Below are positions 18,833 to 31,425 of a stretch of 64,000 nucleotides of DNA, piece by piece. The translations under genes were made by a program, and so were the position numbers. Position 1 is the stretch's first letter. Each line of letters opens with the position of its first letter. The DNA is taken from assembly GCA_036172245.1 (NCBI GenBank), contig JAYWIR010000019.1, positions 2,728,001 to 2,792,000 on the forward strand, written 5' to 3'. Under the pieces are notes generated by a model that made no database searches, had not been told where the DNA came from, and saw only the letters and a list, made by a program, of their open reading frames with translations. The stretch is from Raillietiella orientalis. Its lineage: Eukaryota.

Positions 18833-20699
18833 CAGTCCGCAGGGGGAAGGAATTTGAAGACCCGGATCGCGCTGTTATCACGGCGTCATCACACATGGAA
18901 TTTCAACGTGCGTGCACACTATGGCAACCGATGCCCGCAAGGGTGTTTCGTTCTCCTGCTCTTCGAAAGGGAGCAGAGCAGCACTTTCGTGACGCGCCCC
19001 CGGAACGCAGGCTTTTCCGAAAGACTGGCACGGGCGCGACGGGCAAACATTCTTTGAGATCGGCTCTCTAGTGAGGCGGTTTCCCCGGCAGCCACAGCCC
19101 AGTGGGTGCGCTAATGCCACGGCGGAAGCCAACCGCTCCCTACTCGCCAAGGAAGCTGCGAGAGCTCGTCGCCCCGAGTAGTGTTCGTCAGCCGCGCGCT
19201 CCCTCCACCTATTCGGCCGGTTTTTTCTTCCCCCCTCCCACCACCACCACAGCTGACGCGGCGGTGAACTCGGAATTCGCGATCTGTGGTGTTCGGGACG
19301 GCTCCGCTCGAAACGGCCGCGCCGCCGTCTGCGTCTCGGGGATCGCTCGGTGACGAAATTTTCTCTCGCCGGGACCGCGGTCCCGGCGTTGCCTGGCGAC
19401 CCCCGATGAGCGTGCGCGCCCACCGCTCTTCCCTGTTTCCCCCCCATCACGCTAATTGCTTTGTGTTTCGCACACGAACACAATGGATGCGATGCGGAGC
19501 CGCTGACGATCCCAAGTTGTGCTCCGCCTGCCCCAAGGTGTGTTATCTGTGGTGCCTGTTCCAGATGAATCTCTAAGCCGAAACGAAATGCTCTTCCGTG
19601 CGCTCACGTGCTTGAACGGTGTGTGGTTACTAATTTGCACGGCGCTTAGTGCATGAGCTGGGAGCCGGTCGTGTCCGAAAGGCAGGAGGAGGTGCTTCGC
19701 AAATCACGGCAGGCCGATCGCTGCAAAACCCGCCAGAAATACGTGCTGAAACTGTGCAAGAAAAAAAAAAACAAAAAAATCGGCGCGCTCCGTCGTCGCC
19801 GTTGCCATAGCAAACTCTCGGGGAACTGCGCGAGTTCACCGGCGGTTCGGGAGGTAAGTAGTGGTGGTGGATCTCGCGGCCTGGCCATGCGATGTGGTCT
19901 GGGAATCGTGGGAGGAGGTTGCGAGCGGTGATTCCGGCTTCCGAATTTCAAAGGACGAGCTTTCCCGCGGTCCTCGTTGCTGCGGATGAAATTCCGAGCT
20001 TGGGATGATAATCCGCGGGAAAGCGCGAGCTGTCTTCCTCCTCTCCCTCCTCCTCCTACCGCTCTTTTCTTCCCGGATTTTTCGGCAGCTTCCCGTAGGC
20101 AAGCTCCGACCCGTCCCCTTCAGCTCGGCTCAACGAACCCAGTCCCGCTGAAGGCGCGATGCCTTCCCTTTTTTTTTTTGTGTGTCTTTTAAGGCTGCCG
20201 CGCGCCAAGTTGTCCCGGTTTGATTTTCCGTCAGAAGCTCTTCTTCGCGTGAGCGGCCGGGATGGTGGTTTCCGTCTTCGCGTATGGTCAACGAGCACGC
20301 ATTCCACATTTCGTCCTGCACGGCGGCGTTCCTCCAGAGCGGCATTTCCATCCTATCTCTGTGAGCGAGTTTCCTCCTTCCCTACCCCTCGACGGCAGCC
20401 GCGATGAAAACTCTGGGAATGCCTCCGCTCCCAGTTGACTTTCCTCGAATGCCTGCTTGTTTGCTTGCCTATCAAGACGATTAGGTTTCCCTCGGAAAGA
20501 GCAGCGGATGGTCACGTGCTCTCGATGGATGAGGCGTGGCGGCAAGAGCGTTGAAAAAATCAGCGAATTTGCTAGCCGCCCGCGTTGGCTGGGAACGAAC
20601 ATCCGACCCGGGCTCACGGCGACCCAGGCGGCGAATCGGTCACCTGGGCAAGCAGCAAGCAGCGTTCTAACAGTGATCGCCCCGTTGTGCTATTCTTAC

Positions 20700-21130
20700 G
20701 CCCAAGGGTGCTTGTGACCATCTCGTCCTCGTGCTTCCCAGACCTACCTCGCACCCGGGGCTCCTTAGAGGGCTCCCTTCGGACGGGTTCGGCGTGCGAA
20801 CGCAGTTCTGACCGTCGCGCGGACACACATCAGCGTGCGCGATGGGAGGCTACGGGTGCCGGGATCACTCGGTCGTTCGCGCCGTCGCCGAGTTCCGTTG
20901 CCTGGGAGCCTTCTGCCGCCTGGCCTGAGCAAGCGCGCGTCGTCCCTATCCACGGGCAGACAAAGTCCACCGGCGGAAGCCGCGAGAGATTTCGGACTGC
21001 GCATCTTCCGCGCACGGTTCCGGTTCCAGGAGAGAGCAAAGTGAGTCAGTGGACCGAACGAGACTTCTCGGAAAAGCTGCGACCCCTCCCCCTCTCCTCT
21101 GCCCCAAACCTTAGAAAGGAGGAATGAACA
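20700..21130 (+). mobile_element. Decayed Penelope-like 3' end (GIY-YIG relic)
   Basis: ORF 20585-21127: DLPRTRGSLEGSLR (~LPYxxGxSExIxR), PIHGQTKSTGGSRER (~YIGQTxR..R..H), ending SAPNLRKEE (~PxLNRDxG). Confidence 0.4.
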
Positions 21131-21132
21131 TT

Positions 21133-22192
21133 AAGGTGGCAAAAGTGTTCGAAAGCGTCGGCGTCACCGTCGACGGCTGCAGTCCTTCGGCATGCGCATC
21201 ATCCGAGGAGGCCGTTTTTGCATCCTCTCAGCTGCCCCCGGCGCCTTGGACGCGCCTCTTCGTCGGACTCCATGCGTCAGCTTGAAGGGATGTGCGATAA
21301 ACCGTATCTTTCACGGCGGTTCATCTTGGATTACCTGTATCCCCTACAGGCCGCATCGCTCGCCGACCTCATCCGTCGAGAGGTCGCATTCGCAGTTTTC
21401 TGATTGTTTATTTCTCGCGGCATTCGATATGGCCCGATAAGGCGTGATGAACGGGGAAGGGGGAAAAAAAAGGCTTGCTTTGGGCACGTGTCAGCGCTGA
21501 GATGAAGCCGACGGGATCGGCGTGTGGACGGACGCTTCTTGAAATACTCCTGGTACTTTGTGACGAAAGACGGGGGCTCGCGTCATGCACCACGTGGGGT
21601 AAGTCACTCGGTGGAGAAAGCCAAACCATTCATCCCCGTTCGTTGCCACGATAATGCTAGTTTAAGAGAAAGGACCGGAAAAAAAAAAAAAAACTGCCAC
21701 GCCGCATGGTCCTTTCGAAATCAGAACATTCATTTCGGAAGAGTGGACCGAGTGAATGGTGATCGCCTCCTCAGTGGATCTCGTACCCCCGACGCAGAAT
21801 TTTCTTCTCTCCAAATGGGTCTCTCCTCTGTCAATGCATCCAGTCCGAACTACATAAGGGGCCCCAGAAATGGAACGCGAGCTCTTCTCCATCGAAAGAA
21901 GACATCCCCATGTCAGCCTTCGAGAGGTCAACCAGTGTCGACCTCTCGACGGATGAGGTCGGCGAGCGGTGCGGCCTGTAGGGGATACAGGTAATCCAAG
22001 ATGAACCGCCGTGAAAGATACGGTTTATCGCACATCCCTTCAAGCTGACGCATGGAGTCTGACGAAGAGGCGCGTCCAAGGCGCCGGGGGCAGCTGAGAG
22101 GATGCAAAAACGGCCTCCTCGGATGATGCGCATGCCGAAGGACTGCAGCCGTCGACGGTGACGGCGACGCTTTCGAACGCTTTTGCCACCTT
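21133..22192. repeat. Near-perfect 254-bp inverted repeat (21133-21386 / 21939-22192), 552-bp spacer; MITE/foldback-like
   Basis: Arms are reverse complements with about 4 mismatches by eye; CATT flanks both outer ends (21129-21132 and 22193-22196). Confidence 0.9.
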
Positions 22193-23934
22193 CATTCTCG
22201 CTTCATCTTCGAACCATCTTCGAAGGTTTCGGTTCAAACTGATGGGGAGATTCGTTCTTCATTGGAAAAGTGCTTTTTTTTTTGGTGCTAAGATCGTTGC
22301 GTTGCTACCATGCAGCGTGCTTTTCGTTCCATTTTCTGCGGCGCGTGGGGTTTCCTTTCCTCCTCCCCCTCCCTCAACAACTACTGCAACTACTGTTACT
22401 ACCTTCCCCCTCCTCCTTTTTCCTTCCGTCGCCTCAGCGAATTCCAGTCCTGTTGCATCTTCAAAATCGAGTTGCCTTTTTGCAGTCTGGAACGTGTTTG
22501 GTGACGTTCTCGCTTTTATTTTTAGGCGGGGTCTTCGGCAGGCAGGAAGCAGCGCGCTCATTTCGGAAGGAACCCCTCGAACAAGAGATCAGGAATGTTT
22601 TTCTCTTACGTGAAGCAGTCAGACACGTATACAGGCGTCCTTTTAAAGCAGGGACGCACGTTCGGCCTTCAGTTTTTGCTGTCGGTTGCTGTGGCTGCCT
22701 TCGTGTGTGCGCGTGTGTGTTTTCCCTGAGCAGTCACGTGCTCCTCAGAGCCATGCTTGGCTCGCCTCCTTCTTCGGCGGCGAGTCTGCTCCTCCCCGAG
22801 GCCGCCGCGTGCGCTCTCTTGCACGCAAAGCAGCGGGGACTCCTTCCCGAGTCGGCGAGGAGAACTGCATCTCCAGAAGCCGCTAGCGGGAGCCCCACGC
22901 CATCTGCCGAGCGGACTGCCTTTTTCCTTGAGGGGGGCCGGTGGTGAGGTTCCTCGGCCCGACCTTTCAAGGGACCCCAGCCGTTCCACGGCCCACCAAG
23001 TGGCCCGTGGCGGAGCGAGCTTCCGCCGGAGCCCCATGGCTTTCCGTCTCTTGATCTCTGGAGCGACCGTTCTGTGCCACAGAACCACCGCTTAGCGGTC
23101 CTGCCTGCTTCTCTGGTCCTCGCTCCTCCGAGCTTCAAGCGATCCAGGGGCGTCCCTCCCTAGCCCGGGCCTGCCCCTGTTTCCATGCCAGGCCTCCGCT
23201 TGCACTCGCCGGGATGCGGACTTCGGAAAGTTGGCATCGGACTGCCGCGGGTTCCGCGCCCGCTTCGTGCTGCTCCCGTGCCTGCTTGTCGTCCAGATCG
23301 AACGGGCTCTCGGCATTGCCGCGATTGACGTATCCCCCGATCCTCATTCATGAGACGCGGATGGTTCCGTGGATGCTCTACCGAGCGCCTGCCGCTCCAT
23401 CAAGATGACACACATTCCATGCCAACGGCGGTGCTCCTGCGATTCGTACCTGACGACAAGACAGCGTGCGGTTTGGGCTCGGGCAGCAGGCGGATGAAAG
23501 ACGCGATTGACAGCGGAAGTGCCGTGAAAAATTGACGAAGGAAAAGGAGGAAGCGGAAAGATGTGTGTGTGTGTGGGGGAGGAAGAGCAGTAGAAGAGCA
23601 CGTGAAGTGAAACTTCAAGGAGTTTTTTGTGATCACTCCGTGGCTGTTTGTTTTGATCACGTTTCAAAGGATGTCCGAGAATTTGCAAAGCGTCAAGAAA
23701 ACAAAGGGATCCAGGATCAACGAGCATGCCCGGAATGATTCGGTTCCCACGGCTGAGCTCGGAGGCAGGAAGGAACACCTGCTCGATAGCCAAAATACTG
23801 TCTGGAGCGTCTGGCGCGGATTCCGCCTCAAGCGGAGGCTTATGGACGTTGGCTTTTTCTTCTTCTTCTTCATCTTCTCCTTGAGAAATCGATTAGTGGA
23901 GGAGCATCCCGGCGATCCTCTTTTAACAGGAGGT

Positions 23935-24245
23935 TTTTTCCTTCCTTACTTCTCCTTGTCCTACCTTCTCTCTCTTTCCTTCTTTCTCCTCCTGCTGTCT
24001 CCTATTCTCCTTCCTTCCTTCCTCGTCCTCATCCTCCTATTACTACTACCACTTTCTTTCCTTATCCTTGTCCTCCTACTACTACCTTCCTGCTTCTCCT
24101 GATGTCTTCTTTCTCCTTCTCCTACTACCTTTTCCTTCTCCTTCCATCTTCCTTCGACTACTATCACCTTCCTTCCTCATATCCTGATTCTTTCCACCTC
24201 CTCCTCCTCTATTCCTCCTCCACTTCCTTTCTTATCCCCCTTCCC
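23935..24245 (+). repeat. Pyrimidine-rich (CTT/CCT) low-complexity tract
   Basis: Direct inspection. Confidence 0.8.
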
Positions 24246-24469
24246 CACACAAAAAAAGATAGATGCCTGTCCTTCATCTAGGGGTGAACCCTTGACGAAG
24301 GAAGTGCCAATGCACTTCCCTTCTCGTCTGGGTTTCCATCTCGCGACCCACGCCTCCTCCTCCAGCCGGTCTGTTTGAAGAGGGAGAACTTTCCTCGAGG
24401 AAAGGCAGCCAATGTTTTGCGTGTCGCCGTCTATTTTTTTTTTTTTTGCCTGCTTTCTCTTCTATGCCC

Positions 24470-24900
24470 GCGGCTGCGGTCTCCGCGTGTGGCACCGAGC
24501 GTCGCGGGTTCTAAATCCCACCCGGGCGAAGTAGCGACTCCGAGAACGGAGGTTGCGTCGCGGGTTTTGAGTTCTCCATGCAAGGTGATGCTGGTTGGCC
24601 TCGGTTGGCTTTGGGTGCGGCTCTGGTGGAAGCCGGACACCCCCGCTGACTAGCCGCGATCGGAAGACGACTCCCTGGGGTTTCCTTCCAGGAATCAAGG
24701 AGCGCCTGTCCCTTTCGAAGTTCTCCTTCGATTGTGAAAATGGAGCCGACCCTCCCCCCATCAAGGGGGTTCCCTCCATCGAGTACCATGGAGCCGGTGG
24801 ACCTTTCCAGAGTGCGAAGAAGAGATCGGCTCCCTTAGGGTGCAACTCTTCGGAGACATCTGGAAGCGTCTTTTCTGGGTTCTCTCTTCAGAGGAGGGAA
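24470..24900 (+). mobile_element. tRNA-derived SINE, diverged copy
   Basis: Degenerate B-box gggttctaaatccc plus shared body (gatcggaagacgactcc, ccttccaggaatcaaggag, taccatggagc). Confidence 0.7.
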
Positions 24901-25869
24901 TAAAGAAGGGAATTCGAGAGCCGTCTCGTTTCTTCTTCTCAAAAGGGGGTGCTCCTGACGCTCAAAGCGCCGTTTCCGCGCCTTTGCCTCGCAGCTCCCT
25001 CCTAAGAAACGGAACACAGCCTCTCGCACGGCCAGCATCCGCGAGCTCATTCGTCACCCCTGCCCGACGGGAGGAGGAAGAGACGTCGGGTGCCGACAGT
25101 GCGGCGCCAGTTGTCGCCGGCCAGGAACGCAGCCGCGAGCCTCTGCGAGCCGAGTCCGTGGCCACGGAGGTCCCGCGGCTGAGGGGGTTCCCGAAGGTTT
25201 CGTCCTGCCCTGCGGGCGGCTCCCCTGGCCGGGGCGAGGGCGCCACGCCATCTGCCAGCCGGGGAGAACCGTTTCCCTCACTCGTTCCGAGAAGGCGTCC
25301 TCCTATATGGAGGACTCTCAGCCCAGACGGCGACCCGCCTCAGGCGAGCAGCACGGTCAGGGAACCCCATCCCCTGCGCGCGTCGCTTTGCCTGCCGTTC
25401 CCTCAGCCTCCGCGGACGCGGACGCCAGCGAACAGCCGAGGCTGCTGCGGTCTCCGACCCTCTTCGCTCCAGGTCTCCCGGATCTCCCACCTGACTGTCC
25501 GAGATGAAGGGAATTTTGCGGGAGTCGGGAGTGGGATGAAGAGAACAGGCGTGGAGGGAGTTTCACTTCCTCATCTTCCCTCCCTCCCGTAGACCTCGTG
25601 ATCGCAGGACGCGGCTGTCGACCGCTGCCGCCTCCCCCCCGCGCCCATCCCGGACGTCAGGGACAGAAAGAACATCCCGATCGGTGTTCTGGAGAAAGAT
25701 TTCCTTCGGAGACCCAGCTCGGCCCACCCGACTTCACGACCTTCCCGGGTGGCGACCTCGGCTCTCGGTGATCAGCTCAACCGGCGAGGAAACCCTAGGG
25801 CATCGGACCTGGGTCCTTTCACCGTAACCGATGCGTGAGGATGCCGCCGCAAGGTTCTTCGGGTGACTC

Positions 25870-26680
25870 TGGTCTAGGATCGACTCCTCGTCGTCGTTGC
25901 CCGGATTTTGGCGATATTGGCGGTCACAGGATTGACAATCTCTTCGAGAGGCATCTGAGAAGCGGCGACACTACGATGGTGCCCTCCTCCCTTTCTCCTC
26001 CGGGAGATCCCACGCCCAGGTTCGCGGCTCGACCTCTTCTCTCCGCGACGGGAGATCTGACCGCCGCCGCCGCTGCCCGGCATCCGCATCCCCTCGAGAG
26101 GTGGCTTCTCGTCTTCCGCTGCCGCCTCGCCTCGCCTCAGTGGGGTTGACAGCCGCGTCTCGCGCGCCGCAGGCGGCGAGCCGGCGGCGCCTCGTCCCCA
26201 CTCCGTGCGTCTGCGACCCTCTCTAGCTCCGCCTCCGTCTTCTGACCGGCTCTGCCATGACCGGCAGGCTCTGGCAGAGCCACGGGATGCGGATCCGCGA
26301 TGCGAAAATCCTAGGTCATCTCTTTTGAATGAGGAGGATGGAATAAGATGTGGGTTCCGTTCAGGGTGGTTGGGTTTCCCGTTTGCCCAATTATTTTTGA
26401 GTGAGAATTTCACGATGAGAAAGCGGTCGACACACACCGGCCCCTGTAAGAGAAGGGGTCCTTCGGCAGGGGGAAGAAGGGCGGGAAGGACGATGATGGA
26501 AGGGGCCGGCCTCACAGAGGTGGCTACGAGCTCCCCCAGAGGGTTGAGGGGTAGGAGGAAGGATGGGGTGCTACTACGATCAGGAGGATCCGACCGGACC
26601 TGACCGAGGGCGGTGCCCCGAGGCGCTTTTGCGCTTCTACCTCCCAGCTTGGGCCACAGCCACACACCCTTCTTCGCCAC
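25870..26680 (-). mobile_element. Decayed Penelope-like RT relic
   Basis: ORF 25874-26680: CVDRFLIV (~YVDDxFxI) followed at the expected spacing by RNPHLIPSSSFKRDDLGFS (~HPxIxFxxExExxxLxFL). Confidence 0.35.
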
Positions 26681-27260
26681 TGCAGGGCGCCAGCCAGGAG
26701 ACGGCCGGCGAGCCCGAAAAGGTGGACGTTCTCTGAGCCGAAGGGCAGCGTGAGGCCCTTGGAGCGTCCCACTGTGACCTTCCGTTTCCCTGCCGCAGCT
26801 GGGCGTGTTCCATCGGCGGTACGGACCTCAAAGGGATGGACCCTTCCCACCGAGGTTCAGCCAAGCCGAGAAGTCTGGTGCACCACCGGCAAGATGGCGA
26901 AGCGCCGGCAGCAAAGGGGAAGGACGCAGAGGCAGCTCGTGTGACCTCCAATCGTTCGAGCGTGTCATCGTGCTCCAGCCGCGTTCTTTTAGGGGGCTGA
27001 CGGAAACGGAGGAAGGAGTTAGGGTGCGCGGGACGGGGACACAAAGGGCGGCAAGGGAATCGACAGGCTCCTGCTGACCCCGTTTCCACGTGGCGTCGTT
27101 GCTCAGATTGCTCAGAGACCGCTGCTCCGCCGCTGTGAAGTTAGCGCTCTCCGACAGAGCTGCCGAGCTTCAAGGGGAGCCTTGCAGTGTTTCACCTCTC
27201 GGGGTTTCGTCTTCCGGACCTTCCTCGGAAAACACTACCTCAGCGCTGGACTCTTTCCAG

Positions 27261-27547
27261 GTTTCTTTTATGGTGACCAGCGCAGCAGTTCTTCCTACCA
27301 AGAGTTCCTTTCCTCTTCCCGAACGTTTCGACAGCCCGCACAGGCAGCTCTGGGACGACTCCTTGGCGAGCGTGGCGACGGCGCCGGCAGATGCCGCGCG
27401 CCGTCGCCCTCGCACTGGAGCCAGGTGCTCCCTGCGGGAGCAATGAGTCCCGGAGAAGCAGTAGCGACCGACATGGAGGGCTTTTGGGACTCCCTCCAGC
27501 CCATTTACAAGTACCTGATGGATGACCAGCTGATTGACATCTGCAAG
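27261..27547 (+). CDS. Probable coding exon of an unannotated large + strand gene (..MEGFWDSLQPIYKYLMDDQLIDICK)
   Basis: Acceptor ctctttccag at 27260 (5' limit uncertain; in-frame ATG at 27443). Donor AAG|GTAATG at 27547, phase 0. Protein-like composition unlike surrounding ORFs. Confidence 0.55.
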
Positions 27548-28538
27548 GTAATGTCGTCCTCCCTTGTCAGCGGATGCGCACTTCCCCTTCCCTTGAGAGC
27601 ACTCTCGAAGGACTGCCTGCCTCTTCCTCCGATCACTCGTACTGATCCCCCTGCTCTACGGCTCTCGAACGGGTGGACCCTCTCTTGTAGCGAGCTCGCG
27701 GACGCCACTGTCCCCAGGCGCGAATGCTTCGCCGTCCCCTTGCAGCTCATCCCTTCCCTGCTTGGCCGGCCCAGACCGATCCTCCAAATCCCATGGGGAC
27801 AGTTGGGGCGGAAGGTCGTGGAGCCGTTTCCAAAGCAACGGGTCCCTCTCAAAGGGCCGAAAGCCACGTGTTGAGCAGGCGCGTGCCTGAGCGACGGAGT
27901 CACAGTTCGGCGGCCTCCCTCTCTCTCCTTCCTCCACTTCGTTTTCCTCCATCTCTTCCATCTCCCACCTATCCTCTCTTCCTCCCCTTTCTCTTCGCCT
28001 CCCTTTCCTCCGTCTCTTCATCCTCTATTTCTTCTCTTCCTACCTTCCTCCTCGTTGCTCCTTATTCCACGGAGGCAGAGCACAGTTGCGTCTTCCGAGC
28101 TCCTGGATGCCGCAGGAACTGGGCGGCGGCGGAGGCCCGACGGTGCTGCCGGTGGAAGGAGGAGCGAGAAGAAGGGAAAAAGAGAGATGCGCCTTCCGGG
28201 CATTGCGCAACCCTCGCGGTACCGGGTGCTTCCGCCCTCGGCCCACTCTAACGTTTCGCCACTCTCCCGGGCGGGCGCCAGGGGCTGGGCCGCGGGCTCC
28301 TCTGCACGCTCTCCCGGACAGGGTCGTCGAACCCGCCACCGCTTCCCGCCCTCCGAAAAATTCCAAGAATCGCGCCTGGCGCCCCGGCCGCGCGCGGGCA
28401 CTTCCGGAATGCGCCCTCTCCCTCCCTTCGTGTCCCCCTCCCCCCTTCGAGCGCCTCCCTTCCTCCCCGTCTCCAAGTCCTGCACCCCTTGCGCGCGCGC
28501 GAGCGGGGAACGCCGTCCACTCTCATGCTGTTTTCAAG

Positions 28539-28697
28539 GATGCCGATGGCGGTCTCCGGGAAGGCTTTGGCAGCGGCGGCGGGGATCCGAAGCTGCTCGA
28601 GCACGCCTGCAGCGACTTGGAGGGCCGCCGGGAGCGATCGGACGGGCTGCTGCAGGAGGAACTCCAGGCGGACGGCGGGAGCCGCCGCCACCACGAG
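28539..28697 (+). CDS. Probable next coding exon of the same gene (DADGGLREG...GSRRHHE)
   Basis: Acceptor tgttttcaag, donor GAG|GTAAAG, 159 nt, phase 0/0; joins in frame to the 27547 donor. Confidence 0.5.
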
Positions 28698-31089
28698 GTA
28701 AAGAGAGAGGAGGAGGAGGGGCGCGAGCTCAGCTAGTCGAAGGCAGCACTTATCGACGCTCCTACCAGGGGAGCGCACGGGACCCGCCGATTTGCCCCGG
28801 TCGCTTCTGTCCGCTTTCCAGGACGTCCCCGGGAGCGGAGGCGGCGGTCCTCCAGGATTGTCTCCTACCCCTCCAGGGATTCACTGGTCGGGGGGCGCGC
28901 CCTTTTCTCGCGGTGTCCCCACTAGGGCACGGCTGTGTCCCAAAGTGGGAAGATCGAGGTGCATTGCCAGGGGAGGACGTGTGGCTGAAAGGAGCACGGG
29001 AAGGACGTCGCAGGACGAGGTGCTCCCCACCTCTCCCTCTTCCCGTGCATCCCTTCGAAAGCACGATCGTCAGCTCCTCCCGTGCCTGGAGTCCGCGGGA
29101 AGTCCCACAGGAAGATGGGAACCGATCAGGACTGGCGAGCGTGCAGTTTCCTCCACTAGTTGCTTCCCCTTGTTGCCTAGCAACCCGCAGCTTCTCGCCG
29201 TAGTACCTCCCGGAAGCGCGCTGGCTCACCAGGAGGAGCTCGGGTAAGGCTATCCCTGCAGGAGGCCGGAAGGCCTGTTAGGAAGTATCCCTACTCCACT
29301 CGTCGGATGTGCCGCTGAAGGCAGCTCAGTACCATCGCGAGCGCTTGCGAGCTGACCCACTCGTCTTCCCAAAAGGAAAGCGCTGATCTCCTAAGCTTCC
29401 TCCTGTCCGCGACGAGTTTCCAGAATTCTTCACCACCACCGCGACTCACCGACGGTTTTAGGGGAATTCGAAAACCGAGGTCTCCCGTCCTCCTCCTATT
29501 CCTTTCTCCTTGTTTTCCATTCCATCGTCATTTCTTTGTTCCTCCTCTTCCTCCTACATTTCTCTCGTTCTCTCTTGCTTCTCCTCCCGTTTCCCCTGCT
29601 ATATGAGCCAGCGTGGGGTGTGGGAGAAGGTAGCGACGCTGTTACGTGGTGCTCCGCGAGCGGTTGGTGAAAGCAAATGGCAGCCTCATGCCAACAGTGA
29701 GGGTTCATAGTGTGAAGCTGCTGCAGGTCATGGTCCAGTATCCGTTGGCCCGAGCCTTCCCAACTTTTGGTGCGAGGAAATAGGTAGTGGATAGGATGGG
29801 GCGAAGAGGAAGCTGTTTGTCTGTCCCCTCGCTGGTCATCTCTCCCGTAGCATCCATGAACGTGGGCCTTCTCCAGGCGAAAGACAGCCTTTCCTCCCGC
29901 TGGAGATCCTTCAGTTGCTACCCTTCACCTGTTCTGATGTTTAGCTCCACGTTGGGCTGGAAAGTTTCCTGCGCAAAGAGGGCGACTCCCTCCTCTTTCC
30001 TCTCGCGCCGCCGGTACCGCGGATCCGCGTTTTCAGCTGCCTCCGGTCCCTCCTGGTGAGACTCCCAGGACCTTCCACACCGCAGCTCTGGCTTCGAACC
30101 GAAGGGATCCAACTTGTGGACGCGCCCCAGTGGTCTCTTCTGCCACGTTTCTGGTTCAGACGCTGTTTCCTTCCTCCACATTCTGCTGTGAGAGTCCCGA
30201 GTATCACGCCTCGAACCGGACCAGGAGCGGCTTTCCCGTAGGAGAGGTCGTCACGAGTCTGTCACCATATTCTACCGGTCCAGGGGCGATATGGATGCGG
30301 GCGCAGCATCTCTAGGATGGCAGGGAGGAAGGAAGAGGGAATTCAGGGCTGATGTCCTCCTTTCATTCGGGAAGTCGGTTCCTTCAGGGGTGTTGGAAAG
30401 TCTTTTCCCGGATGGCACAGGAAATTTCTGGTCGCGGCTCACCCATGGTTGCTCCCCCCCCAAATCACTCCTTCCTTCTTCCCTGAAAGCATCGAGATTC
30501 GCCGTAGCATACGGGGATCATGTCCCTCTTTCCCCGCATGCGACGGGACGGAGGGCCGGGATGTCAGAGCGCGTCAGCGAGAGTCGGGGAGGAGCGAAGG
30601 TGGAGAACCGAACGCTCCTGCTGCAACAGTCTGCGACTCGTCCTGGAGCTGGGAGCGACCGGAGAGGCCCTGCGATAGCACATCGCGGTGTTCCCTCCGA
30701 GAAGGGACGACAGTGCACGAACCACTTAAATCTTTCCGGCTGTGTGCGTCACGGTGGCCGGTCAGGCCACTCCCCGTCCTAAGTCAGTTCTCTGACCAAC
30801 ACAGGTGGCCGACGAAGGGATGTTAGTCCTTGCAAGCCGTACCTGAGCACCTCCAGACCCGAGAGATCTTAACCCGAACCGAAGGGAAGCCGCAGGTAGT
30901 TTTTCGGTTGAGGTCTCGGGTCTGCTGAGGTCCAGGGATCATGGCGCTGTCGAGCGGGAAAAAGAAATCTTAGGTAACCACCGCAGAAGCCTCTCTTCCT
31001 GTGGGGGATCAGTTGGGCGTTTAAGTGTGGACGTGCGCCTCTCGCTGCAGCTGAGAAACCCCGACCTTTCCCGATTTCTGGTTCAGCAC

Positions 31090-31425
31090 GTCAGGGAGAG
31101 GTCAGGCAAACGTCCCAGGTGTCCCAATCACTCTGGACGCCGCGGTAGAAGGTTCGACCAGCGCCACGTCTGGGAATTCGCTGTTAGAGACCCTTTAGAC
31201 ACCGCGGTGTTCCGTGGGAAACGTTCCCGACTCTCTCGGCAGTACGGTGTTTCACGGAAGACCTACTCGACCCTCTCGGCGGGTGTGCGCTGCGAGACGC
31301 GTGGATGCTAGGGTGTGGCTCGGGTGAGCCGCTAACGCATCTCTCTCTCCCTTCCCTTCAGACTCGAGAATCCCGCAGGAAAGTAAGAACCGCCAGTGAG
31401 AATGGTGTCTCTGTTTTCCCCTTCC
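31090..31425. repeat. Direct repeat copy 1 (~340 bp; putative pseudo-LTR)
   Basis: Collinear with 32710-33100 (gagaggtcagg.aaacgtcccaggt, ctgggaattcgctgtt, gaccctctcggcgggtgt, gctaacgcatct, gcaggaaagt). Confidence 0.85.
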
